Assembly (NCBI GenBank): GCA_039028615.1
Contig: JBCCHT010000009.1
Location: forward strand, 192,001 to 256,000
Reading direction: 5' to 3'
DNA length: 64,000 bases
Source of the DNA: Myxococcota bacterium
GTDB taxonomy: Bacteria > Myxococcota_A > Polyangia > Nannocystales > Nannocystaceae
This document shows, in pieces, positions 47,112 through 56,135 of the stretch (position 1 is the first letter of the stretch; each line of letters opens with the position of its first letter). Below the pieces are notes generated by a model, which saw only the letters and a program-made list of their open reading frames with translations, was not told the origin of the DNA and did no database searches. The translations under genes were made by a program, and so were the position numbers.

Positions 47112-48047
47112 TCAACCCCACTCGGGTGTCAGCACTTCGACGGCCTCGGTCGCCCAGGCGACGATTCGCGGAAACCGGGGAGCATCGGGGTCCACCCATC
47201 CCAGGTGCTGGAATGCACTGCGAACATGCATGCGCCGAACCATGTCGCGATCGACATCGACCCCGGACTCCCGTTCGTACGCAGCCATCGCGAACTCGGC
47301 GAAACGCGGCCCCTGAGACTGCAGGTACATCAGGTCTTCGTGTCGATCGCCGACGCAGGCCTCGTCGAAGTCGATGAGCGCAGTGACGCGCCCCGCTTCG
47401 TCGGCAAACACGTTGTGCAGGTGGGGATCGCCGTGCAGTACGGTCGCGCCCCGATCTCGCGCCTCATCCCACGCCTTCACCCGGCCGCACGCACGAAGGA
47501 GCAGCGCACTGTCGGTATGTCGCTGCACGGTCGATGCGATCGGCTCCCAGTCGATCGCTTGCGGAGGCACCCGCGAGAGCAGGCCTTCGGTGGTCGTGCC
47601 TCGATGGAGTCGCGCCAAGACCTGACCGAGCTCGGCGGCGAACACCTCACCCCACTCGGTGAGCGGGCAATCCATCGAGTAGCGCGGCAGTGACAGCGGT
47701 GGGGGCTCGGCCTTCACCCCGAAGATGCGGTCTTCGATCTCCCACCCGTGCACGCCCGTCTTCCAGTCTCGAACCTGGACGCGCGCGGCGGGGTCGTGCG
47801 CAACGACGAGGGGAACGCGGGAGCCTAGAGTACGCCCGGCGGCATCGAGGAGGTCAGCCTCCAGCTCGAGCTTGGCCCACGCGGCGGCCGAGTCGGCGAG
47901 GAAGAGCTGGTACGGCGGCACACGGGCCATCCATCTCCACTCGCGCCACTCCGCTTCGATGCATGCGGGGTCGACCTCGGCTCCCACCAGCCGCGACAGC
48001 GCTGCACTCAACGCTTCGCCGCTCGGGGGTAAGCCCGCTTCCACCAC
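47112..48047 (-). CDS. Aminoglycoside phosphotransferase / choline kinase-like family protein
   Basis: LARLH, LHGDPHLHNV, LIDFDEACVGD. Confidence 0.88.
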   Translation of the reverse strand: MVEAGLPPSGEALSAALSRLVGAEVDPACIEAEWREWRWMARVPPYQLFLADSAAAWAKLELEADLLDAAGRTLGSRVPLVVAHDPAARVQVRDWKTGVHGWEIEDRIFGVKAEPPPLSLPRYSMDCPLTEWGEVFAAELGQVLARLHRGTTTEGLLSRVPPQAIDWEPIASTVQRHTDSALLLRACGRVKAWDEARDRGATVLHGDPHLHNVFADEAGRVTALIDFDEACVGDRHEDLMYLQSQGPRFAEFAMAAYERESGVDVDRDMVRRMHVRSAFQHLGWVDPDAPRFPRIVAWATEAVEVLTPEWG

Positions 48048-48208
48048 GAATGACTCACTGTATCAGTGAGAGGACGGAGATCGATCATCTTCGACAAACG
48101 GTGTTCGAGGGCCTAGGATCAGCATCGAGGCTGCTTCTCACTGGAACGATGCGACGGGGTCGAGGATGACTGCGTTCGGCATCGGGGAGGAGCGGCCGAG
48201 CCTTCGTC

Positions 48209-48712
48209 ATGACACCACGTGGAACCATCCATCTGTTGGTCGGCCCGGTCGGGGCAGGAAAATCAACCTACGCACGGGCACGCATCGCTCGGTCGCCCGG
48301 GGTGTTCTTCAACCTGGACACGTGGATGACCCGGCTGTTCGGGGCGGACGAGCGCCCCGCGGAGGGAGTGGTGGGGTGGTACCTGGCCCGCCGCGAGCGG
48401 TGCCGGGCGCTCGTCTGGGACATGAGCATGGAGGTGCTGGCATGCGGGATCGATGCGTACCTGGAGACGGGACTGCTGGCGGCGGCGGAACGGCAGGCGT
48501 TCTACGAGCAGGTGCACGCCGAGGGCATCGCGCTCGAGGTCTATTGCGTCGATGCACCCCGCGATGTTCGGCGGCGCAGAGTCCTGGCGCGCAACGAGTC
48601 GGCGGGGCCCGAGGTCCAGGTGGTGCCGCTGCCGTTCTTCGAGAAGGCATCGGACGCATGGGAGCCTCCCTCGGAGCAAGAGCGAGGACGCTGGCGCATC
48701 GTCGACGTGTGA
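48209..48712 (+). CDS. Small P-loop kinase (AAA_33-like)
   Basis: GPVGAGKSTYA, RRRRVLARN, WEPPS. Confidence 0.85.
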   Translation: MTPRGTIHLLVGPVGAGKSTYARARIARSPGVFFNLDTWMTRLFGADERPAEGVVGWYLARRERCRALVWDMSMEVLACGIDAYLETGLLAAAERQAFYEQVHAEGIALEVYCVDAPRDVRRRRVLARNESAGPEVQVVPLPFFEKASDAWEPPSEQERGRWRIVDV

Positions 48713-48719
48713 GGCGGGC

Positions 48720-49385
48720 TCAACGATAGGGCGAGGCATGCCCGCTGCGGCGCAGCAACATGGCGATGGCGACGTCGAGGTACAGGTCGGGGGGACGCAG
48801 CATGGGCCCGAGCAGCCGCGACTTGTACATGCGGCGGCAGAGCCGTTGGTCGTAGGTCGCCAGGGGGCAGGCCTGGCGCAGGGTCTTGACCACGTGCTTG
48901 AAGTGGGCGACGCGGGTGGGGTCGACGTTGGGATCGCCGATGGTGGCGTAGCGCAGGATGCCGCCCTGAAACGAGAGGAGGGGCAAGTCGGAGCCGTATG
49001 CGAGCAGGAAGTGGCCGTCGAAGCGAGTGCCGTGCAGGAGCCCACGGATGTTCTCGACAGGCACCTCGAGCCGGCCACGGTGCGCGAGCTCCAGCTTCAG
49101 CAGGCCGCCCTCGGCGATGAAGCTCAGTACGTAGAGCCCGGGAGTCTCGGTGAAGTGCGGGGTGACCCAGGCGGAGAGGCCACACGCGCGCAGGGCATCG
49201 GCCATCGTCCCGGCCGAAGCTTCACTGGCCCGGGTCGCGAGCACGCCAGGCCAGCCATCGAGGACCCGAAGGCGTGTGCGTAGCTCGTACTCGGCTAGGC
49301 CGCTGCGCCGCGACACCATGCGGATCCAGTCGCCGTCGGCAGGCGCGCCCGCGACGGCATCAGCCTGGACGGTGACGGCGTACAC
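48720..49385 (-). CDS. Hypothetical protein
   Basis: 221-aa ORF with normal composition filling the gap; TATCAT hexamer 5 nt before the GTG. Confidence 0.6.
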   Translation of the reverse strand: MYAVTVQADAVAGAPADGDWIRMVSRRSGLAEYELRTRLRVLDGWPGVLATRASEASAGTMADALRACGLSAWVTPHFTETPGLYVLSFIAEGGLLKLELAHRGRLEVPVENIRGLLHGTRFDGHFLLAYGSDLPLLSFQGGILRYATIGDPNVDPTRVAHFKHVVKTLRQACPLATYDQRLCRRMYKSRLLGPMLRPPDLYLDVAIAMLLRRSGHASPYR

Positions 49386-49403
49386 CTTCCATGATAGCGC
49401 CGT

Positions 49404-51839
49404 TTAGATCGGAAGCGCGCCTGAACTCAGGCGGGCCTCGATGATGTCGGCGGCGCGCAGGGCCATGGCCATGATCGTCATCTGGGGGTTCACCCCGAGC
49501 GAGGTGGGGACGGTGGAGCCGTCGACGATGTGGAGGTTGTCGGTGCCGAAGACCCGATGGTCGAAGTCGACGACGCCGCGGTCGGGGGAGTCGGCCATCG
49601 CACACGTACCCAGAGGGTGGGCGCCGAGGAGACGGAAGTCGATGGGTCGCGGGGCGGCGTGCACGAGGGCTTCGGCCTCGGCCATGGTGCGCACGAGAGG
49701 GAGCCGCGCGATGCCGGGGTAGACCTCGGTGGCTCCCGCGGCGACAAAGATCTGCGCGACGCGGGAGACGGCGCGGAGCAGCTTGTGCTGGCTGGCCTTG
49801 GACAAGCGATAGCCGACGAGGGGGCGACCGTCGTGGCCACGTCGCACCCAGCCGTCGCCGCGGTCGCGCACCATGAGGCCGAACTGACCGAGGCGATCGA
49901 AGTCGTCCATCCAGCGGGTGAGCTCGTGACCCACCCACGGCAACAGGGCGGCGAGGATTTGCGGGGGCAGGTAGAACCCTTCGAGCTGGATGCCCTCGTC
50001 TTCGAGGCCGTGCACGGAGTAGCCCTGAGGGATGGCCGCCCAGGGGGACAGCGATTCGGGGCAGCGGGCGACCAGGCCCATGGCGGGGTGTACGGAGAGG
50101 TTGCGGCCGACCCGAGCCGAGCCCAGGCCGTTCTCGAACAGCACGACGGGCGTCTGGAGCGAGCCGCAGGAGAGCACGAAGCGCTCGGCGAACACCCGGA
50201 CGACCTTGCGGGCACCGTTTTCGTCGGTGCCGCGGGCCTCGAGGGCGACGACGCGGCGACCTCGCTTGAGGATGCGGGTCATGGGCAAGCCGACGTACAG
50301 CTCGGCGCCGGCTTTGAGGGCGGCGGGGATGTACGAGACGTCGGTCGAGCGCTTGGCGCCCTCGGGGCAGCCCAAGATGCACTCGCCTGCACCCGGGCAG
50401 CCGGGCGCGTTGCGAGGCAGGGGGCCGTGGCTGAAACCCAGCGCATCGGAGCCACGTGCGATGACCCCCGCGATCTTGCCCAGGGCCTTGGTGTCGCCGG
50501 GCTGGACGTCGAGTGTGCGGGCGACCCGAGCCGAGTAGCGATGGTAGGCCTCGGGATTGAAGTCGGAGGGAAAGCCGAGCTCGGCCTGCCACTCGCGGAG
50601 CACGGCGTCGGGCGTGGTGAAGCAGGTGCCGGAGTTGATGGTGGTGGTGCCGCCGACGACCTTGCCTTGGGGCAGGGCCAAGGGGGGCCCGAGCGCGAAG
50701 TTGGTGCCCGCGCCTCGCCACAAGGACTGAACTCGCTGGGCCGGGCTCCCGCTGAACTCGTGGCGACGGCGATAGCGGCCCTCTTCGAGGATGGCGACGG
50801 CGATGCCCTTTTCGGCGAGGGCAGCCGCGACTGCGGCCCCGCCGGCCCCCGTTCCCACCACGGCGACTTCGGCGTGGACCTCGGTGACTTCGTCGAGCTG
50901 CTCGGGGCGCTTGACCCGGGCGAAGTGCCGCGCCTGGGGCTCGGCGGCGACCTTCAGCGGGGTGGGGTGACCGATGGAGCCCAGGTAGCCGGGCCGCTGG
51001 AAGTGGGCGGCGCGAATGGGGATGGTGAGCACCGCGAGCAGTAGGTCGACCGGGATCGATCCGCGATAACGACGAAGCCGGGCGACGGCCTCGGCCTTGG
51101 CCAGCGAGTCGAGGAAGGCGGCGCGGGCGGGGAGATCGAGGGCCGTGAGGGCGTGGCCGGTCCGCACGCGCGCGGTGGCGTCGAGCCAGCGCAGCCCCGC
51201 CCGGAACCCGAGCCGGGCCGAGGCGGGGGCGGTTTGCAGGTGGGCGAGGGCATCCTCGAGCGTGTGCTCGTCGGGCTTCGGCACGCGGGACCCCGGGGCG
51301 ATGGTGCCCTCGACCAGCGCGGCAAAAATAGCGCGTTCCTTGTCGTCGAGCAGCTCGGGGACGGGCTGCACGGCGGGGGCGGTGACGTGCCGAGGGGCGC
51401 GGATGCTGGACGAGGGCCACCACGAGCCGAAGAAGCTCAGCACGGTGTTGAGGTCGAAGTGCAGGTGCCCTTGCGCGATGGTCTGCTGGTCGCGGTGCAG
51501 GGTGGCGCGCATACGGGTGAGCGAGTCGACGGGGCGACGCAGGCGAAAGTCCTTGCGCCCACGCAGCTCGAAGGCCTCGTCGTCCTCGTTGCGGAAGGCG
51601 AAGCGATACTCGATGGCCCGGCGGCGGAGCAGCGAGATTTCGATCTCACCTTGGAGCGGGGCGTGGGTCACCCAGGCGGGTGCATGCACGACCCCGGTGA
51701 TGCGGGCCCGGCCGGCCCGAGCGAAGCGCCGCGCCGACGGGGCCTCGGCCTTGATCTCGAAGTCGGCGGCATGACGCCGACCCCAGCGGTCGACCAAGTC
51801 GCCGCGCATGACCTCGAAGAATGAAACGCCCTTGGCCAT
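49404..51839 (-). CDS. GMC family oxidoreductase (long-chain alcohol oxidase-like) with N-terminal accessory domains
   Basis: VVGTGAGG, GKVVGGTTTINSG, CxGxGxCxxGC, VGRNLSVHP, AHPLGTC, VDGS..PTSLGVNPQMTI. Confidence 0.92.
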   Translation of the reverse strand: MAKGVSFFEVMRGDLVDRWGRRHAADFEIKAEAPSARRFARAGRARITGVVHAPAWVTHAPLQGEIEISLLRRRAIEYRFAFRNEDDEAFELRGRKDFRLRRPVDSLTRMRATLHRDQQTIAQGHLHFDLNTVLSFFGSWWPSSSIRAPRHVTAPAVQPVPELLDDKERAIFAALVEGTIAPGSRVPKPDEHTLEDALAHLQTAPASARLGFRAGLRWLDATARVRTGHALTALDLPARAAFLDSLAKAEAVARLRRYRGSIPVDLLLAVLTIPIRAAHFQRPGYLGSIGHPTPLKVAAEPQARHFARVKRPEQLDEVTEVHAEVAVVGTGAGGAAVAAALAEKGIAVAILEEGRYRRRHEFSGSPAQRVQSLWRGAGTNFALGPPLALPQGKVVGGTTTINSGTCFTTPDAVLREWQAELGFPSDFNPEAYHRYSARVARTLDVQPGDTKALGKIAGVIARGSDALGFSHGPLPRNAPGCPGAGECILGCPEGAKRSTDVSYIPAALKAGAELYVGLPMTRILKRGRRVVALEARGTDENGARKVVRVFAERFVLSCGSLQTPVVLFENGLGSARVGRNLSVHPAMGLVARCPESLSPWAAIPQGYSVHGLEDEGIQLEGFYLPPQILAALLPWVGHELTRWMDDFDRLGQFGLMVRDRGDGWVRRGHDGRPLVGYRLSKASQHKLLRAVSRVAQIFVAAGATEVYPGIARLPLVRTMAEAEALVHAAPRPIDFRLLGAHPLGTCAMADSPDRGVVDFDHRVFGTDNLHIVDGSTVPTSLGVNPQMTIMAMALRAADIIEARLSSGALPI

Positions 51840-51857
51840 CGTGTGCTCGACCGTCGG

Positions 51858-53381
51858 CTAGAGCCGGGGGCTCCGCAGGAACATGCGCAGGGCTTGCTGG
51901 CCCATCTTGGTGGCGGCGCGGGCCTTGGCTCGGAGGCCGCGCGCGCCGACCAGCTCGGTGTAGTGGGACATGACTTCGCGTTGGGTCTCGTCGTAGGGGA
52001 ACCACCAGGGGCGCTTGAAGTCGAGTCCCGGGACGCGCGGGCGATCGACGACCTTGGTGAAGGTGTGCTCGTGCAGCCCTCCGAGGCCGTGGCTGCGGCC
52101 GAAGCCCGAGCTACCCACGCCTCCCCAGGGCAGCTGAGGCACCGCGTGCAAGGTAGCGGCGACGTCGTTGATGGCGACCAAACCGGCGCGCAGGCGCTGG
52201 GCCAGGGCGGCGCCCCGGGCTTCGTCGCGGGAGAACACCGAGGCGGTCAGGCCTCCCCACAGCTCGTCGTGCATGGCGACGGCCTCGTCCTCGCGACGGA
52301 AGGTACGCACGGCCACCATCGGGCCGAAGCTCTCTTCGCGGTAGACGGCCGAGTCCTCGATGCCGGGGCCTTCGACGACGGTGGGGCGCAGGGTCTGTTC
52401 GGACAGGTACTCGCCGCCGCAGCGCAGCTCGAGCCCGCGGGCGTGGGCATCGGCGAGGTGGCGATCGTAGACCTCGGACTGGCGAGACGCGGTGATGCGC
52501 CCCAGGTCGGTGGCGGGCTCGAGGGCCCGGGCCTTGTCGAGGACGCGCTGCACGAAGGGCTCGCGGATCGACTCGTGGACCAGCACGCGCTCGACGGACG
52601 CGCAGACCTGCCCGCCGTTGAAGAAACCACCCCACGCCGCGGCCGACGAGGCGAGCTCGAGGTCGGCGTCGGGGAGCACGATGAGCGCATCGACGCCGCC
52701 CAGCTCCATGGAGACGGGAATGGGGAACTGAGCCGCCGCCTTCATGACGGCGCGCCCGGTGGGCAGCGACCCGGTGAAGAACACCTTGTCGGGGCGGGCG
52801 GCGACCAGCTCGGCGCCGACTTGGCCATCGCCCTGGACCACCGACAACAGACCCGGGGGAAGGTCGCAGTTGGACATGATGTCCTCGATGACGGCGCCGA
52901 TGCGGGGGGTGACCTCGCTGGGCTTGAGGATGACGGCGTTGCCCGCCAAAAGCCCGGCCGCGACCTGGCCCAGAGGGATGGACAGCGGGAAGTTCCACGG
53001 CGAGATGACCAGCTCCACGCCCCAGGGCTCGCGATGCAGCTGGGCCCGGCGGTGGGGCATGAGCGGCATGGAGACCGAACGCGGGGCGAGGGAGCGCCAG
53101 GCGTCTTCGCACAGCCAGCGCACGTTGGCGATGGATGCGGCCAGCTCGTGGCCGAGGGCTTCGACCTCGCGCTTGCCGTTTTCCTCGGTGATGAGGGCGA
53201 GCAGCGAGTCTCGGTGCTGGACCATCCAGTCGGCGGCTCGCGACAGTCGCCGGGCGCGGGTGCGGGGCTCGAGCGCGGCCCAGCTTCGTTGGGCTTGGCG
53301 AGCCGCGTTCATGCGCAGGGTGACCAGGTCCTCGCTGGCCATCAGCCACTGCGGGCCGCGGGAAGGAGGTGTGCCGTCCAT
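51858..53381 (-). CDS. Aldehyde dehydrogenase
   Basis: ISPWNFP, LKPSE, FTGS, MELGG, GQVCAS, EESFGP. Confidence 0.95.
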   Translation of the reverse strand: MDGTPPSRGPQWLMASEDLVTLRMNAARQAQRSWAALEPRTRARRLSRAADWMVQHRDSLLALITEENGKREVEALGHELAASIANVRWLCEDAWRSLAPRSVSMPLMPHRRAQLHREPWGVELVISPWNFPLSIPLGQVAAGLLAGNAVILKPSEVTPRIGAVIEDIMSNCDLPPGLLSVVQGDGQVGAELVAARPDKVFFTGSLPTGRAVMKAAAQFPIPVSMELGGVDALIVLPDADLELASSAAAWGGFFNGGQVCASVERVLVHESIREPFVQRVLDKARALEPATDLGRITASRQSEVYDRHLADAHARGLELRCGGEYLSEQTLRPTVVEGPGIEDSAVYREESFGPMVAVRTFRREDEAVAMHDELWGGLTASVFSRDEARGAALAQRLRAGLVAINDVAATLHAVPQLPWGGVGSSGFGRSHGLGGLHEHTFTKVVDRPRVPGLDFKRPWWFPYDETQREVMSHYTELVGARGLRAKARAATKMGQQALRMFLRSPRL

Positions 53382-54470
53382 TTAGCTGGCCTTTCGGAAG
53401 AGGTCGGGGTGCTCGATGGCGAAGCGCACGAGCGTGGGCCAGTACTCCTGCACCCGCGGGCACTGCAGCGCGTCGCCGAGCAGCCGCGCCGTGTTCGAAA
53501 CGTCGAACTCGACGTGGTGATCGAGGTAGTCGAGCGACTGCACGGGAATGGGCAGGGCGCGCTGGAACGCCGCGCTGCGCAGCACGGAGCTGGCCAGAGC
53601 GAGCGGAACCCGGCCTCGAGCGGGCGGGCGACCCATGGCCTCGAGGGTCAGCTGCATGAGAGCCCGGGCGGTGAGCGGTGAAGGGTCGGCGAGGGCGAAG
53701 GTCTGCCCCGCCGCATCGGCGTGGGCACCGAGGCGCACCATGGCCTCGACCACGAAATCGACGGGCACCACGTTGAAGGGAGCCGCGGCCGCGCCGAGGT
53801 TCACCGCGGGGAACCACCGGGGCAGCGCATGCAGCAGCTGGACCATGAAGTAGGGACCGTCGGCCTTGGCGGTGACGCCACTACGCGAGTCGCCGACGAC
53901 GATGGCGGGGCGCACGATGGTGGTGGGCACCCGATCGAGGCGCTCGCGGACCTCGAGCTCGGCCCAGTACTTGGTCGACTCGTAGTGGTTTTTGAAATCT
54001 TGCCCGCAGTCGAGCTCGTCCTCGTAGACCAAGCCGTGGCGTAGCCCGGCGACGTAGCAGGTGCTCACGTAGATCAGGCGCTCGAGGGCATCGAGCGACT
54101 CGCACAGGTCGAGCACGCGGCGAGTGCCACCGACGTTGACCGAGTGCGCAAACGCCTGGGTGACCGCGAGGTCGTAGACGGCCGCCAGGTGCCACACCTG
54201 GGCGACATTGCGTTGGAGCACCCGCAGGCTCTGCGGATCGATGCCCAGCCCCGGCTTGCGCAGATCGCCGACCACCAGGCGCCAGCGGCCGGCCAACGCC
54301 GGTTCCGCTTGCTCGAGCTGCCGACAGCGACGCTCGGCCTCGAAGAGCAGACGCGGCTCGACCAACAGATAGAAGGTTGCCTCGGGGCTTTCGCTGGCCA
54401 GCCGCTCGACCAAGCGTTGCCCGATGAAGCCGGGGAACCCGGTGATGAAAATACCGCGTTCACTCGCCAT
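53382..54470 (-). CDS. Extended SDR oxidoreductase (fatty acyl-CoA reductase/thioester reductase-like NAD-binding domain)
   Basis: ITGFPGFIG, HLAAVYD, VSTCYVAG, YESTK, RPAIVVGDS; ATG 54470. Confidence 0.9.
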   Translation of the reverse strand: MASERGIFITGFPGFIGQRLVERLASESPEATFYLLVEPRLLFEAERRCRQLEQAEPALAGRWRLVVGDLRKPGLGIDPQSLRVLQRNVAQVWHLAAVYDLAVTQAFAHSVNVGGTRRVLDLCESLDALERLIYVSTCYVAGLRHGLVYEDELDCGQDFKNHYESTKYWAELEVRERLDRVPTTIVRPAIVVGDSRSGVTAKADGPYFMVQLLHALPRWFPAVNLGAAAAPFNVVPVDFVVEAMVRLGAHADAAGQTFALADPSPLTARALMQLTLEAMGRPPARGRVPLALASSVLRSAAFQRALPIPVQSLDYLDHHVEFDVSNTARLLGDALQCPRVQEYWPTLVRFAIEHPDLFRKAS

Positions 54471-55176
54471 GGGACCGATGCGCCTTTTGTCCGCGCTCTC
54501 CGTAGGCGCGCATGGCCGCGGCCGCACCTGCGGAGTCGCCGGCCGCAATCGCGGCGACAGCCTGCTCGTGCGCAGACAGATCGAAGGGGACCTGCGTGTA
54601 CAAGAACAGCAGGTGCGCGCCGTTGTTGCCGTAGATCTCGCGCAGGACGTTGGTGAACAGGGTCAGCACGCGGTTGCGCCCGACGGCGACGAGGCGTTCG
54701 AAGAACTCGAAGTCGATGGTCTGGATCCGCTCGGCATCCGATGCGCGGCGCATGGACTCGAGCAACTCTTCGAGCGCAGCCACGTCTTCGGGGGTCGCGG
54801 TGGCGGCGGCTCGCTCGGCCGTCCAGGCCAGGAACATCACCCGAATGGAGAGGATGTCGTCGAGTAGGCCGGTATCGAGGCGGTCGCCCGGGGCGACGAG
54901 ATAGGGCAGCACGTGCAGCCCCGCGCCCTGCAGGGCGTCGCGCACTCGGGTGGCGCCGCCCTGCCGGATGTGGACCAGGCCCCAGGTCTCGAGCCGGAGC
55001 ATCGCCTCGCGGATCGACGAGCGATTGACCCCGAACTGGGTGGCCAACTCGCGCTCGGAGGGTAGGGGATCGCCCTCTTTGTAGTGGCCTCGGATGATGG
55101 CATCGCGGATCGCGCCGACGACCTGCTCCGCCACCTTCAGCTTTCGTACCCGCTCAAACACCACGTCAAGCCTCAA
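54460..55176 (-). CDS. GntR/FadR family transcriptional regulator
   Basis: LPSERELATQFGVNRSSIREA, FCD-like C-terminus; the start is uncertain (TTG 55176 or a nearby GTG). Confidence 0.92.
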   Translation of the reverse strand: MRLDVVFERVRKLKVAEQVVGAIRDAIIRGHYKEGDPLPSERELATQFGVNRSSIREAMLRLETWGLVHIRQGGATRVRDALQGAGLHVLPYLVAPGDRLDTGLLDDILSIRVMFLAWTAERAAATATPEDVAALEELLESMRRASDAERIQTIDFEFFERLVAVGRNRVLTLFTNVLREIYGNNGAHLLFLYTQVPFDLSAHEQAVAAIAAGDSAGAAAAMRAYGERGQKAHRSHGE

Positions 55177-55193
55177 TTCTCAGCCTTGTCGGG

Positions 55194-55207
55194 TGGTCCG
55201 ACCAGTT
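55194..55207. promoter_or_regulatory. FadR-type operator
   Basis: TGGTCCGACCAGTT (minus strand AACTGGTCGGACCA), matching the TGGTCnGACCA palindrome, just upstream of the regulator gene. Confidence 0.8.
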
Positions 55208-55325
55208 GAGGATAGAGTCCGCGGCAACGAGCGTCAAGGCGCCGTCGGATGCGCCACGAGCGGCCAACGGGTCGATCCGTGGGCCGCTCGTGGAGTGGGC
55301 GGGTTCGTCCGGGAGGGCCCCCGGA

Positions 55326-55961
55326 TCAGCTCGGGCGTTCGAGGTCGAACACGGCGTGGTCGTTGCCCAGCACCGACACGTCCATCTCGAAGTTCTGGTC
55401 GTCGACGTCGATCTCCACCACGAGGTACCCGGGCATGGGCAGGGTGACGAAGCGAACGCGCGAGCCCTCTTGCCAGACCGGATGCAGGGTGTGGGCCTGC
55501 ACCAGTCCGCCGGGCAGCGTGCCCTCTTCGAAGAACACCCACTGCCCGTCTTCTTGGAGGAAGCGGAAGTCGAAGCTCGAGCCCTTCCCGTCGTCGACGA
55601 AGGCGTGGAGGCTGCCGTCGGCCTCCCACGCGAACTCGAGGAAGAACTGCGGAATCAGGCCGATGGGGGTGTCCTCGACGGGTCCGAGCCAGGCTCCGGC
55701 GACCTGGTCGAGCCACTCGGTGCTGAGCTCGATGGGTTCGTTGTCGTTGTTGCCACCGGTGGAGTCGGCGCCCGCGGTCGCGTCTGCGCTGGGGTCGGCG
55801 TCGCTGGTCGAGCCGGGCTCGACGTCGCCGCTCGACGCGGGGGGCTGCGCGGCCGTATCGCCGCTGGCGTCGACGGAGTTTTCGGGGGCGGGGTCGTCGG
55901 CGCAGCCCAGGGGCAGGAGCAGGCCGGAGATCACGGCGGCGCGCAAGAGCGTCGAATGCAT
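55326..55961 (-). CDS. Lipoprotein, hypothetical
   Basis: Lipobox-like LLLPLGC, acidic Ser/Thr/Gly linker, beta-rich domain. Confidence 0.75.
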   Translation of the reverse strand: MHSTLLRAAVISGLLLPLGCADDPAPENSVDASGDTAAQPPASSGDVEPGSTSDADPSADATAGADSTGGNNDNEPIELSTEWLDQVAGAWLGPVEDTPIGLIPQFFLEFAWEADGSLHAFVDDGKGSSFDFRFLQEDGQWVFFEEGTLPGGLVQAHTLHPVWQEGSRVRFVTLPMPGYLVVEIDVDDQNFEMDVSVLGNDHAVFDLERPS

Positions 55962-56135
55962 GCGAGCACCATGGAGGGCGGCTGCGCCGATGTCCGATCG
56001 CGTCCGACCGGCGGTCGTGGCGACCCGACGAACGGTCGGTCCCGCCGGACCAACGACACGCCGACGAAGAGTTGCTCCGCGCCCGCGCTTCGATCGCAGA
56101 TCGAGCGGGCACGGCCGTGCTACCGTGCCTGCGGG

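Noticed and set aside
959..48200. tRNA-Asn-anchored genomic island carrying the eCIS
   Set aside because: No integrase next to the tRNA, and I saw no repeat of the tRNA 3' end by eye. An exact search and comparative genomics would be needed.
47112..48712. Kinases as additional eCIS cargo or an antibiotic resistance determinant
   Set aside because: The APH-like gene is convergent to the operon and both families are widespread; nothing in the sequence links them to the CIS or to a specific drug.
55206..56135. 310-aa N-terminal extension of the carboxypeptidase in the ORF track
   Set aside because: Overlaps the minus-strand lipoprotein gene; a signal peptide begins only near 56136.
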